From NCBI GenBank assembly GCA_000165425.1, contig CT868529.1:62001-126000 (forward strand): DNA of 64,000 nucleotides. The letters are read 5' to 3'. The first letter of the stretch is position 1; every line of letters begins with the position of its first letter. Positions 40,220-53,046 of the stretch are shown here, in pieces. The notes under the pieces are model-generated. The model searched no databases and was not told the DNA's origin. It worked only from the letters and a program-made list of their open reading frames with translations. The DNA comes from Paramecium tetraurelia. Its lineage: Eukaryota. A program made the translations under genes and the position numbers.

Positions 40220-40395
40220 AATAATCTAAAAATGACTTAATAATCTAAAAATGATTATCTCAATCTAATAATGATTAGCATAAACTTGCGCAATCCAATT
40301 TAACTAGAATTTAATAGGAATGAATTTATTATAATCTAAAATCAATAAAACTAAATTTCTCAAAAAATATTGCTAATATCCTTATAATCTAAAAA
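40220..40395 (+). repeat. Degenerate tandem/dispersed repeat of (A)TAATCTAAAAATGA
   Basis: Two near-perfect 19-bp units at 40220-40256, a degenerate third near 40261, partial copies near 40331 and 40384. Confidence 0.55.
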
Positions 40396-41597
40396 AATTA
40401 TTCATTTTTTTGAATTGTTCTTTCGAATAATTTAAATCTTAGTATTTAATCTTTATTTTAGTTTTATGAAATCATCAGAATTTTGAAATTAAAATAGCAT
40501 TTATATAATTTGTTTTTGAACTTCATTTAATTCATTAGCTATTAGTTGTACATTATTATACTAATTTACCAATTCAATCAGATATAATAATAATACATTT
40601 TAAGAAGAGGGCAAAAATATTATTTTCTGAAATATAAGTTTATTGTCTATAATCATGAATTATTTTTAATTAAATTATATTGTTTATTTGATTATAATGT
40701 TGAACTCTTAGAATTAGATCTAATAGAACTTTATATTATCTCCATTAGAAGAAGAAAAGAATCATTATAAATTTTACTTTTTTCAATTCTAAATTATAAT
40801 ATTACTTGTTTAATAAGGAGAAATCTTTTGCCATTTTAAATATTTTATAGTTTAATGATATTTCCAAATTTGATTGATATATTTGATTGCAACAATAAAT
40901 TAATAATTGATGAATAATTTGATACCAAAATTCTTACATTATCCAAACCCTTACTATCCTTGTTTTAAATGTAAATTTAGTATCCTTAAAGTCCAACTTA
41001 GAATTCCAAGTGAAAACCATAGTTTTTGTGATACTCATAGATTGGAAGCGCATATTACTTAAAAAAAACTAGATAATAGAATAGAAATATGAATTAATTG
41101 ATGCCTTGAAATTATTAATCTTCAAGTAGGGAATATAAAAATTAAGTAGATTTAATTTAGTATCTGATTGATTAAATTTTATTGGATTTTATTTCTGTAG
41201 ATTATAAAGCATATATTAACACCTCATACTGTTATTTTAATAATAAATACAAAGTTTTAAAATTTTAAATATAAATCTAAGACAATATTCTAAATCTAAT
41301 GGAAGGTACAAGTCAATTTATTCATTTGATCAAGGTTCATTGAGTGTAATATACTAATCTTAAAGTATTGGCTAAATATTAGTATTATTTAGTAAGTACA
41401 ACAGTCTTAAATTAAGGATTATAATGTTCAATCTTTTGATTCTAATAATCTTCATGAGATTTATAATTATATGGTCCATCTAAATGGTAATACTGATATT
41501 GTATAATATATAAAAAATAATATGTTTTAATAGCTAAGGTGACGTACATCTTCAGTATAAATGAAAAAAGTAAAATAAAAGGAATGTAAAATAATAA

Positions 41598-42234
41598 ATG
41601 AGAAAACCACCATTTGAGCATTGTTTGGATTGCCCAATCATTATTAAATTGATGGATGCATGCCCTCTCTCCCCCTTCTGGCAAATATTCCAGGAAGAGG
41701 GATTTGGTGGTTTGGCAGATGCAACACTACTTTATGAATTATTTATGGTCATTATTTCTTTGGTGCCTTGGATTAGTGGATTGATTTTAGGAATATTGCT
41801 ACTGAAGAGAAGAGACATGAGATCTCTCATTCGTGCAGGAACTCATTTGTGTGCTCATATGTATAAAGTGTTATTAACTCTATTGTAGAACTTGTGATGT
41901 TGTCAAGGTTGTTTATTTCAAAGAAGACAGGCCGGATGGTTCATGCTCTTTGAAGTATGGATTGCCATCCTGTCATTCAATATTCGCAGGATTATATACA
42001 AGCTGGGTTTTGATTGAAATATTGGTTATTGGAATGAAATTAAAAACAAGACATATAATTGCAGTGATCTCTATGCTCATTGTCCCATACTCAAGGATTT
42101 ATTTAATTTATCATACGCTGAAGCAATGTATTTATGGTTGGACCATCGGATTTGGGTTTGCAGTGGTGGGATTGACATTGCATCATCAATGCAAGAAAAG
42201 AAGAAAGAATAAATAGGTTAAGGCCAAACAATGA
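41598..42234 (+). CDS. DOLPP1: PAP2-family dolichyl-diphosphate phosphatase-like
   Basis: K..FKEDRP, YGLPSCHS, SRIYLIYHT motifs, multiple TM; one 28-nt intron. Confidence 0.85.
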
Positions 42235-42245
42235 TTGTTTATTTG

Positions 42246-42455
42246 TCATTAATTCCAATTCTTCACCTTTTTTAATTATTGAAATCCTGCAGCTATGAGA
42301 GTTTGAGCTAATTTATCATCTGCATTTCTATTTTCTTCAAATTAACTTCGAACTTCCTGAATCCAATCATCCCTAGCATGACTGGGCGGTATTTTTATGA
42401 AAGCTCTATAGAGTTTCAAAGCTTATGATTTCTAGATAAATTACCTTAGATTCAT
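42246..42455 (-). CDS. LYRM2: LYR-motif protein, LYRM2-like
   Basis: MNLRQFIQKSQALKLYRAF..VRSQFEENRN..LIAAGFQQLK, 69 aa intronless. Confidence 0.8.
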
Positions 42456-42761
42456 TATTTATAAATATATAATAAATTCACTATTTTTAATCAATATGTC
42501 TATATCATAATAATTATTAAGAATAATTTTTATAGTTCCACTAATCGAAATATACTAGAATATTATTAAAATTATTTATATACTTGAATAGTTATTGAAG
42601 GTGAGTTTAATATAAGTAATCTTAGTCTTTAGTACATAATTGTCTATATCATTGAATCCCTTAATTATTTTTGAGATTCCAAGGTCGGATTACTTAATGT
42701 TCATAATATTGAAGTGTTTATTTCAGAAATATGAAAAGAGAAATGAATTATTAAATTATTT

Positions 42762-43960
42762 ATGTTATCATATTATAGTACAGGACAGTTTCCGAAATCT
42801 TTAGATCCACCATCTCGTTTCAAGTAAAGATAAGCAAGCAAAGTATTCGATCTATCATTTAATCAAGGGAGATGGCGAATCTATGTATAAAAGAAACTTT
42901 GAAGATCCCCAGAAACATGATTTCAAACAAAGTGCTCATGCTTTGAATTAAGAGTTCCATCATAAGCAATACCATAAAATTAATGCTGATTACAAGTATT
43001 TCTGTAAATCTAAATAAAAAGGGATCGCTTCTTTGATACTATGCATAACACGACAAAGCTATAGAAATAGGAAGATAAGTTGTTTTATGAAAGTGCTGCA
43101 CGACAACAGAATCTAGATTAACCCAATCATTTGCATAATTGGAAAATTGTAAAAGAGAGACAATATGCAGAGTATGTAACTGCAAATATTTAATAGACGA
43201 GTGCAATAGCAATCTAAATGTGACCAAGGGAAACTTGTAAGCAAGAATGAATATTAAGCTACTTAATCATCCAATCCTGAATCTAAAACAAATACTTTGG
43301 CTAGATCCAATATGTTCGAAATATCAAAACCTCTATTAAGAATTAACAAAGATCTCAAAAGCTAATAATTGATAAAGAATGTGCAAATTGTATCTGATGA
43401 TATTCCCGATTGGTGTTCTTCTACTAATAAATACTATACTCCTGAACATATTGAATAAATTAAGAAGTAAAGACAGTAACAATTAGCTAAAGCTGACATC
43501 TTGGGTAATTTTATTAAGGAACCCAAGAAGGATCCCGATAATAAAGTTTATCAAGACAATCCCTTTGTTGGCTAAAGATATGTAATTAATTGTATTAACT
43601 TAATTTAAGGAACCAAAACGCATGTGTGTATTTTATGATAAACCAGATCATGTGAGAGGACAATAAAGTGCCACTTAGGATTTAAGTAAATCTAAAGTGA
43701 ACTTAACTTGGAAGGAGAATGTCTAATCACAAAGATTTGAACCAAGATTACCAGAATAAATTGGAAGAACAGATCAACCTGTGATTAAATCACTTAATTA
43801 AAAAAGAGATCCCAATTTTCCAAAAGTAGAAAAAATTGGACAATCAGATGTGTATCTATATTTTATTTTATGTAGTTATAAAAAAATAGAAAAGGATAAA
43901 CCTATTTAATTAAAAATTGGTCATGGCTCTCCTTCTACGTTGAATCCAGTTAAGTATTGA
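42762..43960 (+). CDS. Hypothetical protein
   Basis: MLSYYSTGQFPKSLDPPSRF...; several tiny introns; ends GHGSPSTLNPVKY TGA. Confidence 0.65.
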
Positions 43961-44032
43961 TGTATTTGTTACATAATTTAATTGATATAATATTTTACTG
44001 TTTTCTCTAAAATTAAAGATGTAATTATATAA

Positions 44033-45580
44033 TCAACAAAATTGCAATAAAACTATTAAATTAGTAGTTTCTTAGGACACTCTTTCATTCTCATGCATGC
44101 TTAAATTATTTAATTAATCGTATAATTAATTTGGAATCAATTTAAGTACTTCTGTTTAGTAGTGCATATCTTCTATTTGTAATACATTTGAGAGAGCCTC
44201 TATCAGATATAAAATTTATTCCACCTTGATATTAACTTAGTCCAAAGCCTACTCCACCACTCCAAAGAATTTCTAATGAATATCATATATATAATACTAT
44301 ATAAGGTTCAGGGTTAAATTATTGTTATTCTTATAGTCTAAATTGGATATGCTTTTGACAATTGATAAGTTTGTCTAAAACCTTTATTTTATATAGAAAT
44401 GCAAAGTTTGACTGAGCATAAAAATCAACAAATTTATCTAGATATTCCATCAAGCTTTTCTAAACATATTTATATAATATTTGATCTTCGATTAAACAAT
44501 GCAAATTGGTATAAGTCTTGTAATAGCATGAAATCAATTTTAACAGGTCTTTTCCGGCTTATTTTTCTAATTTGAACGCCAAATTATAAAGGACTTCAAT
44601 TATATTATTTTTGCCAATCAGAGGAAATAGCAATTCAGACATTTTTTTAATACAAATCCTAAGTGTCTGTTTAAAATATAAGAATTATTTACCTTAAAAA
44701 TGACAATATACTCAAATTGCGAAAGATCCTACTCTAGATATTCAACGATAATATCAGAAATAGCATATATTTACTAAAAAAATGTGAATTCTTATTCACT
44801 TAAACAATTAGCTAAAAGAACCGATCCATATATAATTTATAGGTCTTTTGTTTGAATGGCCCTATTGAGTATATCCTAAGTTACGTTAAATTAATCTTAA
44901 AATTTGAGTTCTCTTTTTGACTACAAATATAAGGATAAAAATTCGGTAAGCGCCAATAAATAGTCATCTGAAGGCAAATCAAATGCTTAATAAACAATTT
45001 ATTCTAATAATAATTTTTCCTATTGTATTATATCTAAAAGTTAACTTTCTTGTTCTATTAATAAATTTAAAGTATTAAGAGCATCTACATGCAAGGATTT
45101 CCATTCTGTAGATTATAAAATTTTCATTAATTAGAACAGCAAGGCTAGGTCGATTTTATCCTTCTCATCTGATAGAATAGTTTTAACAATTTTGGGGTTG
45201 ACTATTATGCAGTTTTTCAATAGTTATAACATCTTATTGAAATGTGATTGATGATTCAATGGCTAAATGAGATAATATTTAATGTCAATGATGAATTAAG
45301 AGACTTCATAGTATGCTTCAAACAAATCTTTAGAATCAATCAGATTACAAAATTGATTCAAAGTTTCAAGAGCATCTGATTTTAAGAACTCTTATAATGA
45401 ATCTAGGATATTTAAATTGGAAGGAAGTTTTGAATCCCCTAACCTATGGATTCCTCTATTTTATCTGAAGAGACTTTCTAATTTATTTTTCCTAATGTCC
45501 ATTCTGAATTTCTCTCTCTTCATTTGATTTATGCTCACACAATCATTGGCTATGATATTAATCTAAGGAGTATCCGACAT
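44033..45580 (-). CDS. Divergent importin-alpha-like ARM protein
   Basis: IBB-like KREKFRMDIRKNKLESLFRQNR; C-terminal LNNLSMHENERVSQET resembling the importin-alpha LQxHEN end. Confidence 0.7.
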
Positions 45581-45630
45581 AAAAATATAATTTAAAATAT
45601 TGCGGCAAATAATATAAAAATATTTAAATT

Positions 45631-47248
45631 TCATAAAGAAAATAAATTCTTCACTCTCTCAAATGTTTTTAAAACAATAGATTCCCCATAAACTAAAGTC
45701 TTGATTTCTTCAAACAGATGTTCACAAACCAAGGCATATGTAATATTTTCATTAACAATGTTATTCTATTTCAATAAATATAGAACATATCTAATTGCTC
45801 TATCTATTAACTTATTATTAGTTGGTCGAACGTATATCATAATATTGCTTTGATATCTTCCAATCCGACCCATTAATAGAGTCGAATGAATATTAATAAG
45901 ACATTTTAACACAATATTTTGTCCTAACACATCATCAATGGCCTTAACCTTTGCAAAATGTATTCTCTCTGCATTTGGTGACAGAAATTCCCATGACATT
46001 TCCAAGTTGTCTTAATCATATACAATTCTAAATTAGTTATGATTTCCTCCAGCATACTTGATTCTTCTCTCAATTTGATCCTAACTGATGTCGTGAGATA
46101 GCACTATAAAATATGATATTCAATATTTACATTTTTCTAAGCCAACCTTATGTTAATATTTATGCCAGTAATTTGATGACAACGCTCTTGGTTGTCTACC
46201 ATAAAGCAATGATTCCCAAGCTTATAAGGAATTATTGTAATTTCCTTCAGTAACATCCATCACAAAATATGACCAACTGGGATTAATTGGATTATCTAAT
46301 ATACTCTCAAAAGGATGTAAACTAAATGTTGGACATCTTAAATTATGAGATTATGATGTACCTCTCAGTTGTATCAGTTAAGATATTGATGGCAATATTT
46401 GGTTATGATCTATAGAATACAAATTCCTTCTTCAAATAGCAGTCTGCTTCTAATTCAACAAATTTTGCAATAAATTCATGAGCATCGATAGATTCATAAT
46501 ATTGTCTAACATTTTTAATTGAGTTTGTTGCATAATCAATAAAGTTCTCTTTGCATAAAATGGCTAAACCTATGGCATAAGTTAATACAGTGGAACACTG
46601 CATTCTCGTACTTCCAGTGATAGCTTAGTGACCAACAGAGAGATTTATTTTATTAATGTTCGGATTGTTAAATACATCTTAACTTCTTTAGACAGTCAAT
46701 ACTTCATCTGGATTACAATACAAGTAAAATGGTTTGCCTATTTTGCTTGCTTCTTAAGCAGCTCCAATAACCCAAGGAGTTTCTCCTCCTTCTGTCGATG
46801 ATATTAATAAATCTCCCTCTTTAAAGCCCAATTCATTCAATTGCTAAGCTCCAAATTCAGGATGATCTTCAAAATCTTCTACTGATGCTATAATAGCCAC
46901 ATCTCCTCCTGCCATAAATGATATTATATTAGTCTGTTTTGTGATTTATCTATATAGAGTTTCCAATGTCAATGCAAGTCTTCCTGTGGATCCACATCCA
47001 CAAATGAACACTCTATTACCTTTAGACCAAGTATCCAAGACCATCTGATTCATATGTGCTAATTAATCCAATTTGTTCATCAAGACGTCAAACACATACA
47101 TATCCAAGTCTTTCATTCTCTAGATTCCAGTTTTTAAATCATTTTTAGCAAATTCAGACAAACCAACCGTATGTGGATGAGCTTATTCAGTTATCAAACC
47201 TCCCAAGCTAAATTACGCACTAATTTCTAAGAAATCCTTATAATTCAT
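45631..47248 (-). CDS. Tandem-SIS-domain protein of the MurQ (MurNAc-6-P etherase)/glucokinase-regulatory-protein family
   Basis: LITEQAHPHT, RVFICGCGSTGRL, MAGGDVAIIASVEDFED, STEGGETPWVIGA, VGHQAITGSTRMQ, DTTERCPTF, LKCLINIHST..SNIMIYVRPTNNKLIDRAIR; two tiny introns. Confidence 0.88.
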
Positions 47249-47270
47249 AAATATTATAATTAATATAAAA

Positions 47271-47799
47271 TCATAAAGAATATTTTTTGAAATTCTCATA
47301 ACTAACTCCTTTAGGATCACTTTATGACATTCTGTTGTAAATAGCTAACATATCTGCTTCAGTCAAATGACTATCTTTATAATTCTTCATTAAAAATACA
47401 AATTCTAAATCTAATTTAAATGAGAATACCTTCTTAGTTCAAAAAGCCATCCTTATCAGAATCATGTCTTTTAAATATCTTTTGTAGGAATCTATCTGTA
47501 GTGTCTTCATTGATATATTTTTCAACAGAATTCATTGCATTACAAAATGACTCCTCATTAATCTCATCCTTATAGCAATGACTTTTAAATGATTAGGTTA
47601 TCAAATTTTTGAAATTCTGTTTAGCTTCTCCATTTTGATCATTTGGATAGAATAAAGAACTCACCATCTCTGCAATTAAATCAATTTTAATTCCAAGTGA
47701 ATCTTATTGTTGGAACTCAAAGGCCAGAATTCTGTAAATTTCCTTATTAGACATTGTCTTTGTTTTATGAGCCTTCTATTTATTTTACTTGCTATCCAT
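47271..47799 (-). CDS. Calmodulin-like EF-hand protein
   Basis: One canonical loop FKRHDSDKDGFLNQEEF plus degenerate hands; one 25-nt intron. Confidence 0.8.
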
Positions 47800-48476
47800 A
47801 AATTTAAATTAAAAATATTATAAACAATTTTATAAATAATAAATATCCTTTCTAACAATTCAATAAAATTAATGTCTATTGAAATATTAGTGCTATAGAG
47901 TCACTGAGAAGGAATCCATTTATTCTAGGACTCTATAGAACTTTTAATATAGTAATAAATTTATACTTGTCATGGCAAACTTTAACACTAGTGCATAAAC
48001 ATCTATTTATTAATCATAATACAGGTGTATCTCAGTAAATATTTCTGAATATTGATAATATCCTTATTATTTGTAATCATAAATCATTCAACTAAAAGAT
48101 GACTCTAATCAATTTTTTTGTCTAAATATTATTATTATTGTTATGACATCAGTCATAACAATAAATACTTATGTTAAACTTTGAATTCATGACAGCATTA
48201 ATTACAACCTTTTACTTAGGTCATTTTTTAATGAAAACTATTTCCGACAAATCTTCAATTCATCATTGCTAGATTTTGAGTTATTTGTAATCAAACTCCT
48301 TTCAAGACCTTCCTAGATTAGCAGTAGCTTGTGTTGATTAAAGTATAGTAAAGAAAGATATGAAAACAGTTATTATCAATTATTTGGAAATTTGATTATG
48401 GTAGATGATAAAATAAAAATATAGTGGATGATTTTATAAATAAATTGTTAATAATATATAAAGAAATGATTTATCT

Positions 48477-49663
48477 TCATACTTTAATTCTGTAAAGCTT
48501 AATATATTTTTGCCAGGTTAAAACTGCTATTACAGCATCGTAACTACCCTAAATTTATTAGATATCTGCTGAGATTAAGTTTTCTTGAGTTAATTTAATG
48601 ATAATATCTTGGTCCTTGAAAATTCTATCCAAATTGTATAATTCCATTAAACAAAATTGCCTATCATGTTATGGAACTATAATTGATTAATGGCAATGAT
48701 ACATGCTAAAAGCAGATTCAAATCTTATAAATATGAGAGCCTTTGAAATCTTTGTCCAAATGAGGAGCGATTTTGATAAAAGTTATTATCAATAACTTTA
48801 AATTCCTTATTTATGACTTAACATATTTTAATTGAATCCTTGAATCCTGCAACTATATTATACTAGGGTAATTGATCCAATTCAAATATCGAAGTCGTTT
48901 TGGTGTATTCATTTAATAAAATCCAAGATATACACCAAACCCATTCTGAAAAGATTATAGAGTATAATTGTGTCCCATTTTCAACCAAATAAATTCTTAA
49001 GCCTCCATCGATACTTCCCGAAGCGAGATACTAACAGCAAGGAGAGAATGATACGCATGGTATATTGTGTTTATGATTTTGAATGCTCTAAAGATATGGT
49101 TTAGATGCGTACATATCTAATTGGAAATTCGATGTCCGATCTCATTAGATCTTACTTATTGAATTTGAGTCTGATTTCACGGTCTTCCCAATACTTATGA
49201 TCGGGTTTATCGAAACCAAGTAGTTTTTTGGACCACAAGGAGATGATGTGAGAATTTGAACCTACAGCCAAATATTACTGGCAAACATCAATGCTCCAAA
49301 TGGAACAGTCAGCGATTTTCTGTAATTAAAATAATAAGTTACTTCGTAGAGACCCTACAATTTGATTGGTTTGATTAAAATATTATCTAGATCATAAATA
49401 TAAATGTATGAATTCATGGTGATGACAAAGAGGAGGTGGTCATATTATTTTATTTAATTGATCATATCATTTTCCTCAATTGATATGGATTTTAGTTGTT
49501 CTAATTTCAGTCCTGTGATTGAAATAAATTGTATGTAATTTGTGCAACCAAGAATAAGCAATTATCTTTGGAGATCCAATATTAGAGTGTTCATTCTCCA
49601 AGCATCAAAATCAAGATTTTCGAATTTCTTAGACTCAATTAACTCAATGTTATAACCTTCCAT
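48477..49663 (-). CDS. WD40-repeat protein, CRT10-like
   Basis: SIWSIDVCQQYLAVGSNSHIISLW and HKHNIPCVSFSPCCQYLASGSIDG; tiny introns. Confidence 0.75.
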
Positions 49664-49677
49664 TATATAAATATTTA

Positions 49678-50305
49678 ATGTATAAAATTTCAATTTTGAG
49701 TGTTACCTTCCCTAACAATAAAAATAAGTAAGATATCTACTGCAAATTAACAGAGGGTGATCAAACATATCAAACAAAGGTTGATATGGACACTATCACA
49801 ATTGCCAAGTGGGATCAGAATTTCAATGTTAAATAAACCCAATCGGAAATCACATTTTCAATCCATCTTTGGAAAGGAGACAACAAAGATCAATTGCTTA
49901 CCGAAACTAAGGTTAAATGGGAGTAGTTCCTGACTCTGATGAACACACCCCAAACGATTAAATTTGATGTATGCGAAATGAGTCTAATCATTGAAGAAGT
50001 TACAATTCCATCAAACGAAGCTTAAATTAAATAATTTTCAAAGTATCTCTCTGACACTGGCTTAGAACAATCATTCAAATTGATCTTTGCTGAAATTCTG
50101 AGCAAAAAAATTGATCGATCAGAAGTATTCACATACACAGCTTTACGTTTGAGGTAGATTGGAGATGATCTTAAAATGTTTCTTACTAATGTAAATTTAT
50201 ACATCTAAAACGTAGAATCACAAAATGAGTTAGTTACTTAATAATATAAGTGAAGTTTAATAGGATGATGAGCCAGATCAATTTTTAGAAAGTTAAGATT
50301 AATGA
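49678..50305 (+). CDS. C2-domain protein with C-terminal Dpy-30/RIIa-like helical motif
   Basis: DIYCKLTEGDQTYQTKV..AKWDQNF; FSKYLSDTGLEQSFKLIFAEIL..VFTYTALRL; one intron. Confidence 0.7.
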
Positions 50306-50330
50306 TATAATATTATATTAAATTAATAAT

Positions 50331-51235
50331 ATGTAACAGGAAAGCATATACAATTTAATACCCAAAGAGTATGTTCCTCCCCCCAAGGAACCCATGTATA
50401 GATCTGCCTATCCTTCAAATCTTGTTCCCACTGCCAGCACTTTCAATAATCACACTACAAGCAGGCCTAAAGTACTTCTCTCTCCTATCTTTTAAGATTA
50501 ACAATATCAATGGAGATTATGAATTGGTCAAGGGTCCTCATTCTCACAAAGGACAATCCAACTCTCTAGGTAGGCCCAGAGGTAAGATCAAATAAATGAT
50601 GAGATAGGTTCATATAAACCTGATACAACTATGTTCAGATTAAAGAACACTGGAACCATGGGATCAAATCAATTACCTGAAAGTATCAAGCATTATTCTA
50701 ATTTAGTTCAATCATACAAATATCCGCCATCAATTAAACCATAAGTCCCAAAAAAGGATGAGAAACCAATACATGGTCTGAAATCTAATAAAAACTATAT
50801 AATAACCAATGCTGTCGATAACATCTTGTCAGCACCCAAATAAATTGTTGAGGATGCTGCCTGGACATCGAAAAAAGATTATGGAAAAGTTCCAGATTAT
50901 TTAACCAAAATTAAACAAAGCATAGCAAGCGAATACGAAATCATTAGAAACATGCACATAAGTGAGGCAGAAGAAATGGACAAACAAAAATATCTTTTAT
51001 CATAGGAAGAAGTATAATAGTTAAAGGAAGGACTCAAAAAAAAATGGGAGGCAGTCAATAAAGAATATTAATCAATTACTCATATTAGAATGATTGATAC
51101 AGTTGGTTTGAAAAGAAAGTAAATCTAATTATGACTATTACAAGGAAAGAGTAATGCGAAAAAGAATTAGCCTAATTAGAAAAGGATATTGAAAAACTAA
51201 ACAAGAACTATGTATTTGTTGATACATAAAAATGA
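50331..51235 (+). CDS. ENKUR: Enkurin
   Basis: ESIYNLIPKE, KNYIITNAVDNIL, KKDYGKVPDYL, LKKKWEAVNKEYQ, LEKDIEKL; 4 introns. Confidence 0.93.
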
Positions 51236-52149
51236 TTCCATTTAAATTATCAATAAATAATCTTAATATATTATATTTTCCAAATTATTATTTCTACTTA
51301 CATCCACCTTTTTAAAAATATTTTAGTATAATTAATTTAGTTATTGTTTTAATTCAAATAAATTACTATTAAGTAAGATTGGATTTAAAAACCATTACAA
51401 TCATTTTACCTTTAAAATTCATCAATTGATGAATAGAGGATGTCTTATGACTCAAAAATTGCAATATGTTTACCTTATCTTTTATGAGAAATCATTATCA
51501 GAATTCTAATTAAATTATCAAAAGTAAAATTTGCAATTGAATTCTCTTAAACATATTCATTTAGAAATAAGAATAAACTTTTATATACACAAAAGACATA
51601 TTTTAATTATGATTAAATTTTTAAATATTTTCAATACAAAAGACCAATAACATAATATTTTCGAATTGAAAAAATTATTGGAAGTTAAGGCAATATTCAT
51701 ATAATCAAGCTATACATAGAATAATTATTACTAGAAGTAATCAAGGATAAATTATATATTATTTTATTAAACCGCTGCTGAGTTGAGTAAGTATTAATAC
51801 AATTATATATACTTAAATATTTTAAAAATTATAAAGTCACAATATTGGATATGTTATTATTATGATCTCTCGAACTTGATTAAATAAATATTTTTTTAAT
51901 GAACTTTTCCAAATAAACTATTTTCAATAAAGATTTTAAGTATTTTATGTTGATTCTTCATTTCTATTTTTATTTTATTTAAAAAGATTTCATTCTTTCT
52001 GTTATATCGGATTATCAATAAATTCATTTACTAGATGATAGGAAAAGACTAGGAATGATTCTTAGTGGTTATTTTTCATCGGAAAAACAAACGTTTAATT
52101 AATTTTAATAAATTTAGAAAATATCAATTCTTATTATTGTCAGGCTAGT

Positions 52150-52990
52150 ATGGGAATATGCTAAAAGAAAAGTTAAAAAGATAATTCCTAAAAGCAAACT
52201 GGATATGAGTCAGAATAGATTATAGTTTTGACAAGCATTCAGAGCCACATTTAATATTTTGATTAAATAGATTTAGAACTTCTTAAATATCCAGATATTT
52301 CCTTACTACTAAGAAAACATATCAAAAACTATACATTCATTGAGGAGGGAAAGACATGGGTTGTGGTTAAGGAAATTCAAAGTTTTTTGAATAATAAAAT
52401 GCCCATATTGATTAGAAATTTTAATCCTGAAACAGATGCTGCCTTATAATTAATATAGGTTTTTGAGTCGATGGTGTTTCAGACCCAAAAAGTATTTGAG
52501 TGTTCGGTAACTTTTAATGAGGCTAAGGTTGAGTTATTTTAATTATTCCAAAATTAGTTAGTTTAAGTAATGAATATGATTATATTAGACTTCGATAGAA
52601 TGCCTAATTGTTGTAAATACTTTAATATCTAAGAGATTGTAATGGTGGAATGAAGAGTATTTTAAATGGAGATAGAATCACTTAATTTCAATGTTTATCA
52701 TTAAAAATATAAATAAAAGTAATAAGGAGATTATAGGGCCAATCTACGACTTCATTTAATTGTTGATAGAATGCATCAGACATTTTGGAGACATTGAAGT
52801 CTCTAAAGGAGTCTAAGAAACAGATTTAAAAGCGGAATAAAAGTTCTTGGATTAATTTTACAATTAAATGAGGATAGGGTTGATTCAGAATTCGTTTTTT
52901 TCGGAGAGCATATCGAATGAAGTAGTTCCAGAACAAATTTAGATTGATTAGAATGTTAGAGCATATGCCATATTAATTAATAAAAAATGA
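52150..52990 (+). CDS. Hypothetical protein with MGxC N-terminus (predicted myristoylation/palmitoylation)
   Basis: MGICQKKSQK...; open with two inferred introns; TGA 52988-52990. Confidence 0.6.
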
Positions 52991-53046
52991 TTTACTTTTT
53001 TAACATTTATATAAATCATAATAACTTCTTTTAAAATTTAAGCAAG

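Noticed and set aside
40220..40280. CRISPR-like or telomeric array
   Set aside because: No unique spacers, no cas genes, and not TT(T/G)GGG repeats
45631..47248. Bacterial contamination
   Set aside because: Contains tiny introns and many TAA/TAG Gln codons, and is tightly flanked by ciliate genes
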